DNA of 63,813 bases, filler included, from Folioceros fuciformis (Eukaryota), in the NCBI GenBank assembly GCA_049999805.1. It is 9 parts of 9 records of this genome, joined end to end, with 100 filler letters (N's around TTAATTAATTAA, not from the genome) between each part and the next. Parts side by side here need not be neighbours in the genome. Positions count along the whole stretch, not along the records: positions 31,540 to 42,612 come from JBNGIO010004003.1; positions 42,713 to 49,343 come from JBNGIO010004004.1; positions 49,444 to 55,166 come from JBNGIO010004007.1; 6 more parts are not named here. One strand, 5' to 3'. Shown here one piece after another: positions 40,244 to 52,384 of this stretch (the first letter of the stretch is position 1; the number at the start of each line of letters is the position of its first letter). The notes beneath the pieces were generated by a model. The model saw only the letters and a program-made list of their open reading frames with translations. It was not told the DNA's origin and searched no databases. The position numbers and the translations under genes were made by a program.

Positions 40244-42004
40244 TCAATAGAACACGTTCGTCCACCCTAGATGATCGTTCCCCTGTAGCCTCTTCAGGAC
40301 TGGGAGAAGACAGTTGTAAAAGAGAGGAGCGAAGATGTCAAGAGGTCCTGGCTGACAATAGTGGAGGCAGTCGCCTTCACCGACGTGACCGTCAGGACGC
40401 TTGTTCACAATGGCGGCGAAGTCGATGAACGTGTGCCCGAAATTTTCCACGATGGTCCTCGCCAGCTCATTCTGTTCTCCAAAGTCTGCCCAATGGAAGG
40501 GCATGCTCTCTGTAGGCAGGTGTTCTGTGATAGGCCCATCATACAAGGAGCAATTCGGGTGCCCTGTCACAGTCACCAAACGACCGAACATAGAACCAAG
40601 TCAGATGTCTACAAGCCTTACTAGGCAGGATTACTTGGAGTGCATGAGTGTAGGAGCCGGCCCTGGTCACCCACCGTAAGGGGTGCTCCGGTAGAAAACC
40701 ATCGTAGAAGGGTATCTTGCTTGGATGATGTGAAGCGTGTTGATGAGTTGCTCTGTGTAGTTGCCGTTGTTTTCGTAATGGGCCCCTCTATTCAGAACAA
40801 GAATGGAGACTTTCCATTCGTCCATGAAGGAAATCCATGGAAACTCCTGAAATCCAGAGGAGTTCCGCATGCACTTCTCCCACTTTTGCGTGAGAGAGAG
40901 CCTGTCGTTGCGCACAAACCCGATGTAGAAGCCCTCTTCCCCGACGATGTCCTGGCAGACCTTGAAGCGGATGCTAAATGCCTTCCAATTTTCGAGGGGC
41001 AGCCGCATCCCGCTTGTGTTCCTCAGCAAGTAGTTGAGCATTACGTAAAAAAGTTGTTGGTTCAGAGAGTCGCCCACAATCAAAATATTCCTGTTCGCTC
41101 CCACAAGCCTGAGACCCAAACGGAAGCACAAAATTCCGTCACTACCTAAAATGCTTGAAGAGCACCAACAGACCCGAACCAACGATGAGAAAGCAAACCA
41201 CGTAGGCTTTAATTCACACACGATCGCGTCCACACGATACCTGCAAAAATCATCTGGATCGAATGGCAAGAAGGGGCAGGTCTTGTTCGTCTGCCACACC
41301 CATCTAAGATCCCTTCTCACCTGCATTGGCGGCCATGACACACAGACAGATTCAACGTGGGTGATCCGACAAAGCCAAGTGGGAAGAAACCAGTTCGGAA
41401 AGTACGGTACACTTCTGACCGTTCCACCCATAATGTACATCAATCATCACGTTCGGTACGAGCAGGCCATTACATTCCAATGGCTGCCGTTGGCAGCAGC
41501 GCGGTTGGCGTCGTCACCCGTAACACCTCCAGGAGTGTCTTTGAGCCATCTCCTGTCACACTGCTCGTACGAGCGTGCCACAATGTTGGGTGGAATCCAG
41601 CGGGGCGTGTCGCTGTACACCCATCGTCCCGACTCGCTGCATCCACAACCCAAAATCCCACCCACCACGCCTCCCCTTCAACACACAGCACAATTCCGCA
41701 ACAAGAAGCCTGCGCGCTATAGCGCTGCTGCAACCCATGCATTCACTCCTGACACCATACCACACCTGAAGCACTGCACCCGCTGCTTGTACTCCGTCGC
41801 CGCGCTCCCCCGGATCTCTGTTCCTTTGACGACCAGATGGCCGGAGAAGCGGAAGGAGATGGGTCCGCCAATGTAGCGCTCTGCTCCAGATACGATGTCG
41901 CCCAGATGTAAGACCTGAACGCCGAGAATCAAGAGCACGCCTGTGAAAGCAGCTCCGCACATCGTCCTCGTTTTGCCGCAGACAGGCCCTCTTGCCCCTT
42001 TCAT
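40244..42004 (-). CDS. Trichome-birefringence-like (TBL/PC-esterase) polysaccharide O-acetyltransferase, 5 exons
   Basis: N-terminal TM (FTGVLLILGVQV). Spliced junctions CFS/ESGRW, HWN/VRRDLRWVWQ, FCR/LVGA and PYG/HPNC all use GT-AG introns in phase. Catalytic motifs IVGDSLN and RPDGH..DCLHYCQPG are present. Confidence 0.9.
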
Positions 42005-42106
42005 CGTCGCCACAGCGGCCCTCCCACTCCGGAATCTGCCCTCAGCTGGACGCGACACGACTCACCAGCACAATTTCACGCCTCCCGGCACATGCTCCTC
42101 ACTCTC

Positions 42107-42194
42107 GATGGATCCGAGCTGTGCCACAGCGTGAAAGAAAGCGGTGATGGATCCGAGCTGTGCCACAGCGTGAAAGAGGGCGGTGATGGATCCA
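42107..42194. repeat. 39-bp tandem repeat (about 2.3 copies) upstream of the TBL start
   Basis: GATGGATCCGAGCTGTGCCACAGCGTGAAAGA recurs. Confidence 0.85.
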
Positions 42195-42712
42195 TTCCGA
42201 ATCGCTAATACTTGACCTCCACCGGCTCCCGATCTTCCACTCGATTCTCCCTCCACTTCATTTGCGCATGAACTGCATCTCCCATACCTTGCACATTTCC
42301 CGCGACCTGGAGTCGATATATATCCACTTCTCTCCTCCGCCCCTCCGCCCCTCCACCCCTCTGCCCTCCTTTCATTTAGGGCTTTTTTACAAGCCTTCCA
42401 CGTGTTCACAGGTTCTTGTCCAGGCCAGGTGAACCCTCAAATATATACTTCTCTAAGTTTACAAAGAAATAAAATAGAAGCTAAGTGACAAATCTAACTT
42501 CTTGCCAAACTCATATTAAAATTTATTATTCTCTTCCTTTGAGTAATTTTTATTCTTTTTTTTTTCAATAACACCTATAGCTCTATAAGGTTTGCTTCAA
42601 AAGCACTCCTCCNNNNNNNNNNNNNNNNNNNNNNNNNNNNNNNNNNNNNNNNNNNNTTAATTAATTAANNNNNNNNNNNNNNNNNNNNNNNNNNNNNNNN
42701 NNNNNNNNNNNN

Positions 42713-45700
42713 TCCTTCTCTGGTAGGTAGAGTAGGGTTTGTTTCTGCATCTTACATCGGTAGGTTCCGAGACTGAGTCCCCAAAGATCGAGAGCTCACA
42801 GGGAGCCTGTGTTATTTTTTTCATCTCAGATACGTGACTCATCAGTCACTGGAACTGTAGACTTTGTCCCAAACTTCATGGAAGTCTGCCTTCTAGGAGT
42901 AGTAAGTTCATCAAAGGTTACACTTCGTGCCACAATCACTTTATAGGTTGCAGGATCAAACAACTTGTAAGCCTTTGAGACTTCTGAATAGCCAAGGAAA
43001 AGCAGGGGTCTAGCCCTATCATCTAACTTGTGCCTCTTCTGTTTGGGGACATAAGCATATGTTGTGGAGCCAAACACCCGCAAGTGCAGCAAGCTCAGCT
43101 TCTTCCCCCATAACACCTCATACGGAGTTTTTCCAGGTACTGCATTAGTCAGCACTCTATTAAGTACATAGGTAGCAATTGAGATAGCTTCTGCCATGTA
43201 GTGTTTGGGCAAACGTGCCCAACCAAGCATACTCCTAGTCATACCCATTAGGGTTTGATTTTTACGCTCAGCAACACCATTTTGTTGTTGAGTGTATGGA
43301 ATGGCTAACTGACGGATGATCCCATGCTTTGAAAAGAGCTCATCATATCGATGTCCAATGAACTCACCACCGTTGTTAGTGCGAAAACACTTCATAAAAT
43401 TGCCAGTTTGTTTTTATACCAGAGAAATCTAGGTTGCTATACACTCAAAAGCATCACTTTTGAGGTGAAGTGGAAACACCCAAGTGTAGCTTGAGGAATC
43501 ATCAATTAAAGTGAGGTAATACTCTGCTACACCCAATGATTTAACCTGCAACTTGCTGGCAATATCTGCATGTATACGTTTCAGCACTGCCTCAGCCCTC
43601 TAAGCTTGCTTGTTTTTGAAGGGAAGCTCCTTCTGCTTTGAGAGAACACAAGATTGGCACACAGGTAGTTGCTTGAAACAGGAAGGCAGTTTCTCTCGAT
43701 AACAATTCAGTGAAGACATGAGATTCAATTTTTCCCTGTTTATCTGTCTAAGTCTAGCATGCCAAAGACTTGCTTCTAAGGTAGTTGAGGTAACAAAGGC
43801 CTCTGCATCAGCGGATAGACTAAGTTGATATAGTTCATTTACCAACTGACCTTTCGCTACGTGCTTTCCAGGTCTTGACAGGTCATACAGGCTACAGCTA
43901 CACTGCTGAAAGGAAAAGCCATACCTTCCTAACTGAGTGGCTGCCCTAACTGATAAAAGATTCTTCGACATGGCAAGAACATAAAGGACATCCTCCAACA
44001 AGACCTCTGACCCGTCAGTCAAGGTAAGGGTAACAGTACCCACTCCTCGTACGTCTATGCCTCTAGAATCCCCCACATACACTGACTGTACTGGGACATC
44101 AGTTTTGAGTGTGGAGAATAGATCTTTATTGTTGCAGACATGAGACATAGCACCAGAATCTATGAACCAAGAGTCTGATGGAACAGCAGATGACGATAAG
44201 TAAACTGTTACTGTTAAGACAGTTGAGCTGCTTTTGTGGAGAGAAGATCCCTTATCCTTGGCGGCCACATGTGCTTCGGAACGAGGATCCTTCTTGGGTT
44301 CTCCAACCTTTTTCTTTCGGCAGTCCCTCTCCTAATGTCCAGCAATTTGGCACCAATTACAGGTACCTTGCCGTGTGATGGAGGGAGGAAAGTCGAAGCC
44401 ACTAGAACTACTAGATTGCTTTAAGTCTTCTTCTCTTTCCCCCTTCCCTTCACAAACGGCTTGCCCTTAGCTGCAAAAAGAACCTTCTCTCCTCTTACTC
44501 TTGAGCCCTGACCTGGCTTGTGTTTGCTGGCCTCCTCTTGCAGAAGAGCCCCAACCAGAGTATTCAAGTTTAGAGTATAAGGTTGATTCGCAAGAGAGGC
44601 AACATAAGTTGCAGACAGAGCCGAATTCTGTCCAGAGACAAACGTCTGATAGGAGGAGGGCAAGTAGTAAACAACTGGGCAACCATTTCAACCTCAGTAA
44701 TCTTGGCACCTAGCGCAGCTAACTGTGCTCGCAACAGCCTCAACTTTGTAATTCCTGGTCCCACATGGTCTCCTTCCCTTATCCTAAACGAGTGAAGGTC
44801 ACTTCGCAGATTCATTAAGGTACAGACATTTTGAACCTTGTACACATCTCTGAGCTAAGTCCAGACTTCGTGTGCTGTGTCTAGAAACTCAACCTCAATA
44901 ACAATCGCGGCATCCAACCCAGACAATAAAATGGCAAAGACTACTTTGTTACCTTTGTCCCATTTTGCCTTCTCATGTGCTGTTGGTTGATGTGCAGCTG
45001 TGGATGGGACCAGGTAAGGGTTTACAATGCTCCCATCGACATACTCCCAAACATCCCTCGCATTCAATGTTGCTTGCATTCGAGCCCTCCAACTCTCATA
45101 GTTTACAGGTTTGCCATCAAACCGATCCTTCTCCTTAAATTCACCCGAATAAGTACTAGCTTGAGCAGGAGTACCCATGTTGAAAGGAGGTAGGACTATA
45201 TATGGGAGAGGAGAAAGCAGGAAACTGTGACTACAGGGATTGAAGGAAGGAGGCTTCTGTGGCTAGATCATCATCTACGTCAATATCTGAGTCCCCAAAC
45301 AGCCACTCAAGGTCATAAGACATAAAGAGAAACAAAACGACATCTACTGTAAGTAAACAACGTTTTTAATATTTTAAGTTGCTGTTTTTAGGGTTAGATA
45401 CGAAAACCCACTAACTCAACTGAAAAGTTGCAGATGAACATGAATAAACGACAGGTGGCAGAGTTCATCAACCGTCACCCTGGGCCAAGTCGCTGATTGG
45501 AGTCTAGCTGAGTGCCCCTGGCACTACACCTGCGCCAACTCACGAGATCCCCCTTTTGCAGAAGCTGGGATCCCGAGTTGAGTCACTCCCCCTACAGATC
45601 TGGTTGCCCACACTACAGCACCATGGAAGAATCCTCGCGTGAAGGCACCAAGGTCAGCAAATAGGTTGCAACAAGAGGTGCGGGAGTAGACTCAGATCCA

Positions 45701-46494
45701 GATTCAGCGTGCTTCAATCTCAAGGTGAGAGCAGCTAGTGAACTCTGCACTTTTTGAAGCAACTCATGCATCACCAGTAGACGTTCTCCCTGGTTTAACA
45801 GCAAGCAGCATCCGATGCAATCTCCTGAAAGAGGGATCTTCTCAGTGCTGGGAGCTGTCTTGCACAAAGCCTCCCACCTGGAGTTAGGTAAAAATCCACC
45901 ATTTTTGAACCTGTCTCCAAGATCCGTCCTTGAGTCTGGAAATCGAGTACTACTCGGAATTCTCCTGCAGATGTGACAGGAACGCGGAGATAAAGNNNNN
46001 NNNNNNNNNNNNNNNNNNNNNNNNNNNNNNNNNNNNNNNNNNNNNNNNNNNNNNNNNNNNNNNNNNNNNNNNNNNNNNNNNNNNNNNNNNNNNNNCGATT
46101 TCAGGGCTGCCCCCTCAGAGATTGTGAGAAAGGATCATCCATATATCACCCGCGCCTCCGCGTCCAACAGACTCCATTTCTTTTTATAGCATACACTGAA
46201 ATTATCTAAACGCAGATAAAAAAGTACTGCGCATCACAAAGTCGCATATTTCCAAAGGGGAAAATTTTGCACTAAGTGATTAGGTAGAAACCGTCTATGC
46301 TAGCATTCTATATATTGGATCGACAGAGCTGAGCTCTGATACCATGCTAATATATGCAGAAGCGTGCTCACAAAAAGAAAGAGAGCAATTAATTAGTTAA
46401 GGACCATGTGTCCTTAAATACAAAATGTTTGAGTGTCTTTTAAGTTAACTCCTTAACTGTAGTATAAGTCATGTTAGGGTTTCCATCCCTAACA
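42713..46494 (-). mobile_element. Ty1/copia 5' half: LTR 46345-46494, PBS 46333-46344, long leader, gag-PR-IN
   Basis: TGTTAG...TAGCA then TGGTATCAGAGC; gag RFDGKPVNYESW; WFIDSGAMSH; LWHARL; FRTNNGGEF; QQNGVAERKN. Confidence 0.93.
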
Positions 46495-46997
46495 ATTGTT
46501 ACATCAGAGTGGGTAGCTCCAATCGTAGTAGTTTCCAAGAAGCAGCTAGGCAAGATATGCGTTTGTCAAGAATGGAGGAAGTTGAACAAGGTAACCAAGA
46601 AGGATCATTTTCCGCTTCCTTTCATAGATAATATCTTGGATCTAGTTGCTGGGAGAATGGTGTATTCGTTCTTGGACGGCTACTCTAGCTACAATCAACT
46701 TCATCTCCGGGAAAGTGACTAGCCGCTGACAGCATTCACTAGCGACTGGGGGACTTATGCTTACACGCAAAGTGCGTTTGGACTAACTCGAGCATCGGGA
46801 TCCTTCATACGAGAAATTGTCAAATTTTTCAAGGATTTCCTTAGGGACTTCATGGAGGTCTTCCTTGATGATTGCTGCATGTTTGGAGCAGTGAAGGATT
46901 ATTTGGGCCACCTTTGCAAGTGTCTAGAGCGGTGCAAGCAGACTCAATTACGTCTTCATTCAAAGAAGTGTTATTTCGGTATGGCTGAGGGCATATT
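46495..46997 (+). mobile_element. Ty3/gypsy RT fragment, same family as 52385-55166
   Basis: SEWVAPIVVV, KDHFPLPFID, FLDGYSSYNQ, EVFLDD. Confidence 0.9.
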
Positions 46998-49443
46998 TAG
47001 GGTTTGTTTCTATATTGTAGATCGATTAGGACAAACCTACACGAACCGGTAAGTTCTGGATAGCAATAGCCTTATAATGGTATACCCCAAAGGTTGACCT
47101 TATGAAAGTAATAACACAGATTTTCTCATACGTTCCAATGAAGATAAACGAGCTCTCTGTGGTCCAGGAAGCACAATTATAAGTCCAAAGTGATAATAGG
47201 TAGATGCACTATGGTATTGGATATAAGTACAAGTTGTCCATTGTGGTAGATTGGATCCATACAACTAAGCAACATGGAGCTAGGAAGTAGCAAGTATTGG
47301 GAGCACAACAAGTATAAGGAGCATGAAGTGCCAATAGTGAAGTAGCATTTGCAAATTGACACTCACAAATGCACATCGACGAAGTGGTATTTGTGAATCA
47401 ACACTTGCAAAACGACATTTACGAATCAACACATCAATAAAGGACCACCAATACAAATATTTTCTAGTCATAGTAATTTGGGATAGATGGCGGATGGGCA
47501 CAAAAATAGCCACCAATAAATTATCACCTACAAATCTGTATCTGTGAATCGACATCCACGAAGCCATGCTTGCAAATAGACACTTGCAAAGTGGCACAAT
47601 GAATCAATACTAGCTAATAAAGAAACACTAGTACAAACATTCTTTGATCACAATAACTCATGAAAGATAACGGGTGCACAAACAAAAGTTGAGGTCTCAC
47701 TTCACATGATTTCCAAACCGACAAAAGTTGAGGTCTCACTTCACATGATTTCCAAACCGACATATAAACAGAGACAAACGAAGCTGTGTCCACAATACAA
47801 AGGCATCCTCTCTTCTCAATCTAGAGGTCTCTCTATTTTATTTTTCAAGAATCTTCTTATTACCATGCATCAGATGGACACAATGACATGAGCAATGTAA
47901 GTAGGCCTTGACATGTAAACTGCCTTTGTCATGACTCTTTGTAAAGTGATAGAAACATGTCGCTAAAAGAAGACCACCAATGAAGAAAAGAAAGAAACTT
48001 AGCCACATTATTGTGATATGCCTTTGAGCAAGCCTTAATAAGTATTGAAAAGTCCTTGCATCGCTCCACATGCCTCTAGAGTAAGGGGAAAAATCATGAA
48101 TGTTTTGCAAAGGGGTGTATTTGTGGACCTAGCTTATTTCTTTGAATTGCTGAGTCTAGAGGATTAAGTGTGGCGCATTCACAAATAGAGATTCATGAGT
48201 AGTTCATGTTAATCATTTCCACAACACAAATGCGCTCTGCTTGAATGAAAAAAAGATAAGCGCTAAGAAGTATCCCATTGCATTATTGAGCTAAGAGATA
48301 TCCTATTGCGTAAGATATATAGTCGTTTCTTATAGGAGAAAAACCAATACTCTCTAGTCATCAAAACCCATACTCTCAAGTCATTCTCCCTTTCCATTGA
48401 GACATATGGGCCATAGTTAAGGCAAGCATTCATCCAGATTCTTAAGACTTGTGCCAAATCATACCATATCAACAAGATATAAGCTGGTATCTTTGTATCT
48501 TAATTTGTGGCTTTTTTGATAGCATGCGTGGATCTCTTTTTCAAAGAGAGTAAGTAAATGTGGTTTATAAAATGACTTGAGCTAAGAGGATCAACTCCCG
48601 GATCATGACATATAAGGTGTCAATGCTGTTGGAAGCTGTACATGTGGTGGCCTCGGGCCAAGTCTGGTTCGATTCATTTGCTTTGTGCTTTTGGTTTTTT
48701 TGGTAGATGGATTTTTTTTTTTTCATAAATTCTTTGATCCCATGTGGACCAAATGCGCACTTTTTGAAGAATGATTTTATTGAAATAATAGAATACATAT
48801 AAATATAATCATACAAATAATAAATGTAAAATTTTAAAATAAATTTTCGCTAAACTCGTGCCCAAATCTACAGCCAGGTATTGTAGTACCTAGTTCCTTA
48901 TACCCCACAGTAGGAAATCGCGCGGGACGTGAAGCGTACTGTCGCGATTGTCAAAGTGTCCGAAATATTCTTCGTGGTGGCCGAAATTTTGGACACCCGT
49001 CGTACAAACCTATGTGCCCTAGAATCACCTAAAATTCTCTTCCCCTGGAAAGGGCTCTGTATTTTATCACAGAGCACCATATAAGTCCTTTGTCGTGGTG
49101 GTGACGTGGCGGGCTCTTTGCCGGGTTCGAAATAATAGGGGTGACATGGTGACCCACACAAATGATCTGTCGAGCAGCAACTCCCCAGCGGACGCGGACG
49201 ATGCTGCTCGGGCTGGCGATCGCACGCGAGATGGCGCTGAGGTCGGCCTTGGTAACTCATCGCATGGCGTGCGGAAAGCCGCATCGGATTGGCTTCGGGA
49301 CGCAGCGTGGATTATCCTGGCTCTGGCGGGAACGACTCAAGTGNNNNNNNNNNNNNNNNNNNNNNNNNNNNNNNNNNNNNNNNNNNNTTAATTAATTAAN
49401 NNNNNNNNNNNNNNNNNNNNNNNNNNNNNNNNNNNNNNNNNNN

Positions 49444-52382
49444 TGCCCCTCTCCTCACCGTGTTCGCCTCTCGCCCGACCGTCGTGCTCTTCCTCTCACT
49501 CCCCCGCCTCTGGCTCTCCTTCCTCACCGTTGGTCGGGCAAATCCTCCCATAGGATTTCCACCTCACTGCTGCTGCTGCTGGACGCTTCCGGTGGCGGCG
49601 CAGGTGGGTCCCGTCGCGGGGGACTCCTCCTCTCCTCCCGTCGCCTGTTGCTGAGGAGAAGCACTAGCTCCAGGTCGACCCACGCTTGTGCCTCCTCTTC
49701 CGTCAGCTCTACCAGGACTGCCTCTGAGTAGTAGGGAGGCAACCCCCACACTCGGCAGCAGTAGTAGAAGGACCCCCTACGGATCCTTAGCTGCAGGCCG
49801 TAGCCCCTCGTCCCTCCTAAACCCACACGCACATATACAACTAACTTAAGCACATGGGCTCCTTCCACATAGAGGCCAGGCACATAAGTGGCCTCCTCCT
49901 CATAGTGCAACACAATTCGACCCTTTGTTGCAAAGGAAGTGCTTACCCCCTCCTCCCGTGGGCTACTCCGGATTGTCTGCCCTCTGCTCTCCAGTGGCAC
50001 TAGAGGATCTTCCATCCCCCCAGCTGCTGCTCCTCCCTGCTTCGTCCTCCTGGTGCAAGTTGCTCTTCCAGACGTGCGGGTTGCAGGTTACTCGACGATC
50101 CCCTCTTCCACTACCGGGGTCGGGCTCTCTCCTGCCGGCATTGCTTCTCCCCGACCAGTAGCTTCTTCAGCTACCTCCGTTGCCGCTCGGCTACCTTGCC
50201 TGGATCTGCCCTTCCCCTTCACCCTATTCCGGGCCTCGTCCCGCTCCCGCTTGTATTTGTCCGCCAACTTTTGCACTTGCTCCATTGCAGCCGCTTCCTG
50301 TTCTTGGGCCCTTAATAATTCCTGTTGCATCTCTTGGTTAGTCCCATGGGCCTCTTCACCTGAGCTAGGAGCGACCCCTGTTGCTCCTTCAGCGTCTGCA
50401 CCTCTTCTCTCGCTTGGTGGGCTTCCTCCTCTGCCATTTCCTTGGCCGCACTCAGGGTCTGTCCGACTTCCTCTAGGTGCTGCCAACTCGCTTCAGCCTC
50501 AGCCAACTTCTCCCGGGCCTTGGCTTCCTTCTTCCCCTGCATGCTCAACCAGGCTAGTGTCCTGGCAGCCTGGTCCAACATCTCCGCCTGGACCTGCACC
50601 ATCACCGCGATGAGGCCTGGCAGGTCCACCCGCTGCGATTCACCCCCAGGAGCCATCCTCCTGTCTAGGACCTGTCTTCCCAGCAACACACGAATTTGAG
50701 CTAAGTCCTCCACCTGCAGCTTGGTCGCCAGAGGAGTGTTTCTAAAAATTCCTTCCCATCCTAGGAAGGGGGCTTGCTCCTGGACGTGCCCTAACTCACC
50801 ACCCTCCTCAGCTAGGCCCGTTTCCGTGTCTGGCACCTTCTCATGAGGTGCCTCTATCCCTATTTCGGCTTGCTTCTGGACAACCTCTTGCAGTGTCGAC
50901 TCGCTTGCCTTCCTGGCGACCTTCCCACTAGTCCTTCTCCTCTTGGCGGGAGTCCTCCGACCTGTCCCCACCTTCCTCTTCTGCCTGGTTGGGGTTTCCT
51001 CTTCTGAACTCTACGTGCCTCCCGACTCCCAACTGCTGGAGTCAACCTCCTTCGGCTTCACTGGCTTCCACTTCACCTCCCTGAGTAGCTTCCACATGTG
51101 TAGAGAGGCAATCACTTCCACCTCAGGCAGAAGGTTAGCATAGCAATATATATGTACCATGAATGGAGAAATCATAGAAGTTTAGGGAGAGAATGAGGCT
51201 AGGTTCTGCCTTTCTTCACTCATCCTGTCATACAGGATCCTGCCCCAATCTACCCGACTACCTTTAACCACCTCGTGCACAAACAGGAGCATCTGGTCGG
51301 AGAGGTAGTCCTGCTTTCGAATCTGCAAGAAGCATAGGAGCCACCTCGCCAGCCCCATTAGTTGGGCAGTTGCCAAATCCTCGCTAACCACCCGTTGGCT
51401 TCCCTTCCAGCTCCGACCTTGAACAACCCCACCGCCGCTGCTGCCGTATTGCGCTTCTTCAGAGACTCAAGGACAAGTCTGCCTTCCTCCTCCTGGTTGC
51501 GCCCATACACCCGCCGCACCAACTCTAAATTCCAGTCATGTGGCCTGCCTCGGATTCCTTCCTCCCTGACTGGGCTCCTCAGTCGCTGGGCGCACTCCTG
51601 CACCAGACCAGGAGCTGCGTGGTTCCAGTGCTGGGCCATGAACCCGAGGCCTAGCTCCTCCACTAGCCCTCCGGCTCTGACCCGCCAGTGCTCCATGTTG
51701 GGCCAAAAGGCCACTTCCACCCTCAGCACAAGAGGTTGTTCCTCCTCCCTGGCCACCTCCGCCGATGCTAGTTGCTCCGATTTGTTCTCCCGCCTCATCT
51801 CGCCCGGTCTCTTCCTTACATTGTCTAATCCCGCTGATGTGGTTGTCCGCTAGCCGCCTCCGTCTTGCTCAGCCACTTCTGCGCCTGCTTGCGCCTTGCC
51901 GAGGTTGCTCTCCCGCTCTACTCTCGATTCCACTCCCCGACCTCCTAGTTGCGCTCTTGTTCGAATCGCGACTAGACCCTCCTGACTTACTTAGGGTTTT
52001 ATACTAGTCGGGTTGCCCTGGTTCCGCTACCGCCAGCAGCACTACCGNNNNNNNNNNNNNNNNNNNNNNNNNNNNNNNNNNNNNNNNNNNNNNNNNNNNN
52101 NNNNNNNNNNNNNNNNNNNNNNNNNNNNNNNNNNNNNNNNNNNNNNNTATATAGACCCCCTAGTGACACCTCCACTACCGAAGGCCAAGGACGACCCAGC
52201 CACTCCGGACACTTGGTCTGGCTACCAGTTCACCCAAAACCTCATGGGCCAAGGAGACCTTGGGTATAAATACCCTAGTCTTACTCCCAACCTAGGCCGT
52301 TTTCTTCACAGTCACAAAAAAAATCAAAGTCCACACAATATGTCACTCAAAAAGGGGTTCTCGAATATGTTTTTCCTCTACA
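49444..52382 (-). mobile_element. Family D repeat, longest copy: TGTAG terminus plus disrupted ORF-X (about 51830 to 49524)
   Basis: Consecutive minus ORFs 51358-51798, 51182-51391, 50312-50971, 50088-50486 and 49524-50015 are colinear with the copy at 58490-60660. Confidence 0.78.
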
Positions 52383-52384
52383 GG

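Noticed and set aside
47840-48480. Possible Ulp1-like protease relic on the minus strand
   Set aside because: Only scattered residues match and no convincing catalytic motif is recoverable.
49095-49343. Possible first exon of a membrane protein (MVTHTND...WIILALAG)
   Set aside because: Short, cut by the scaffold end, and with no recognisable domain.
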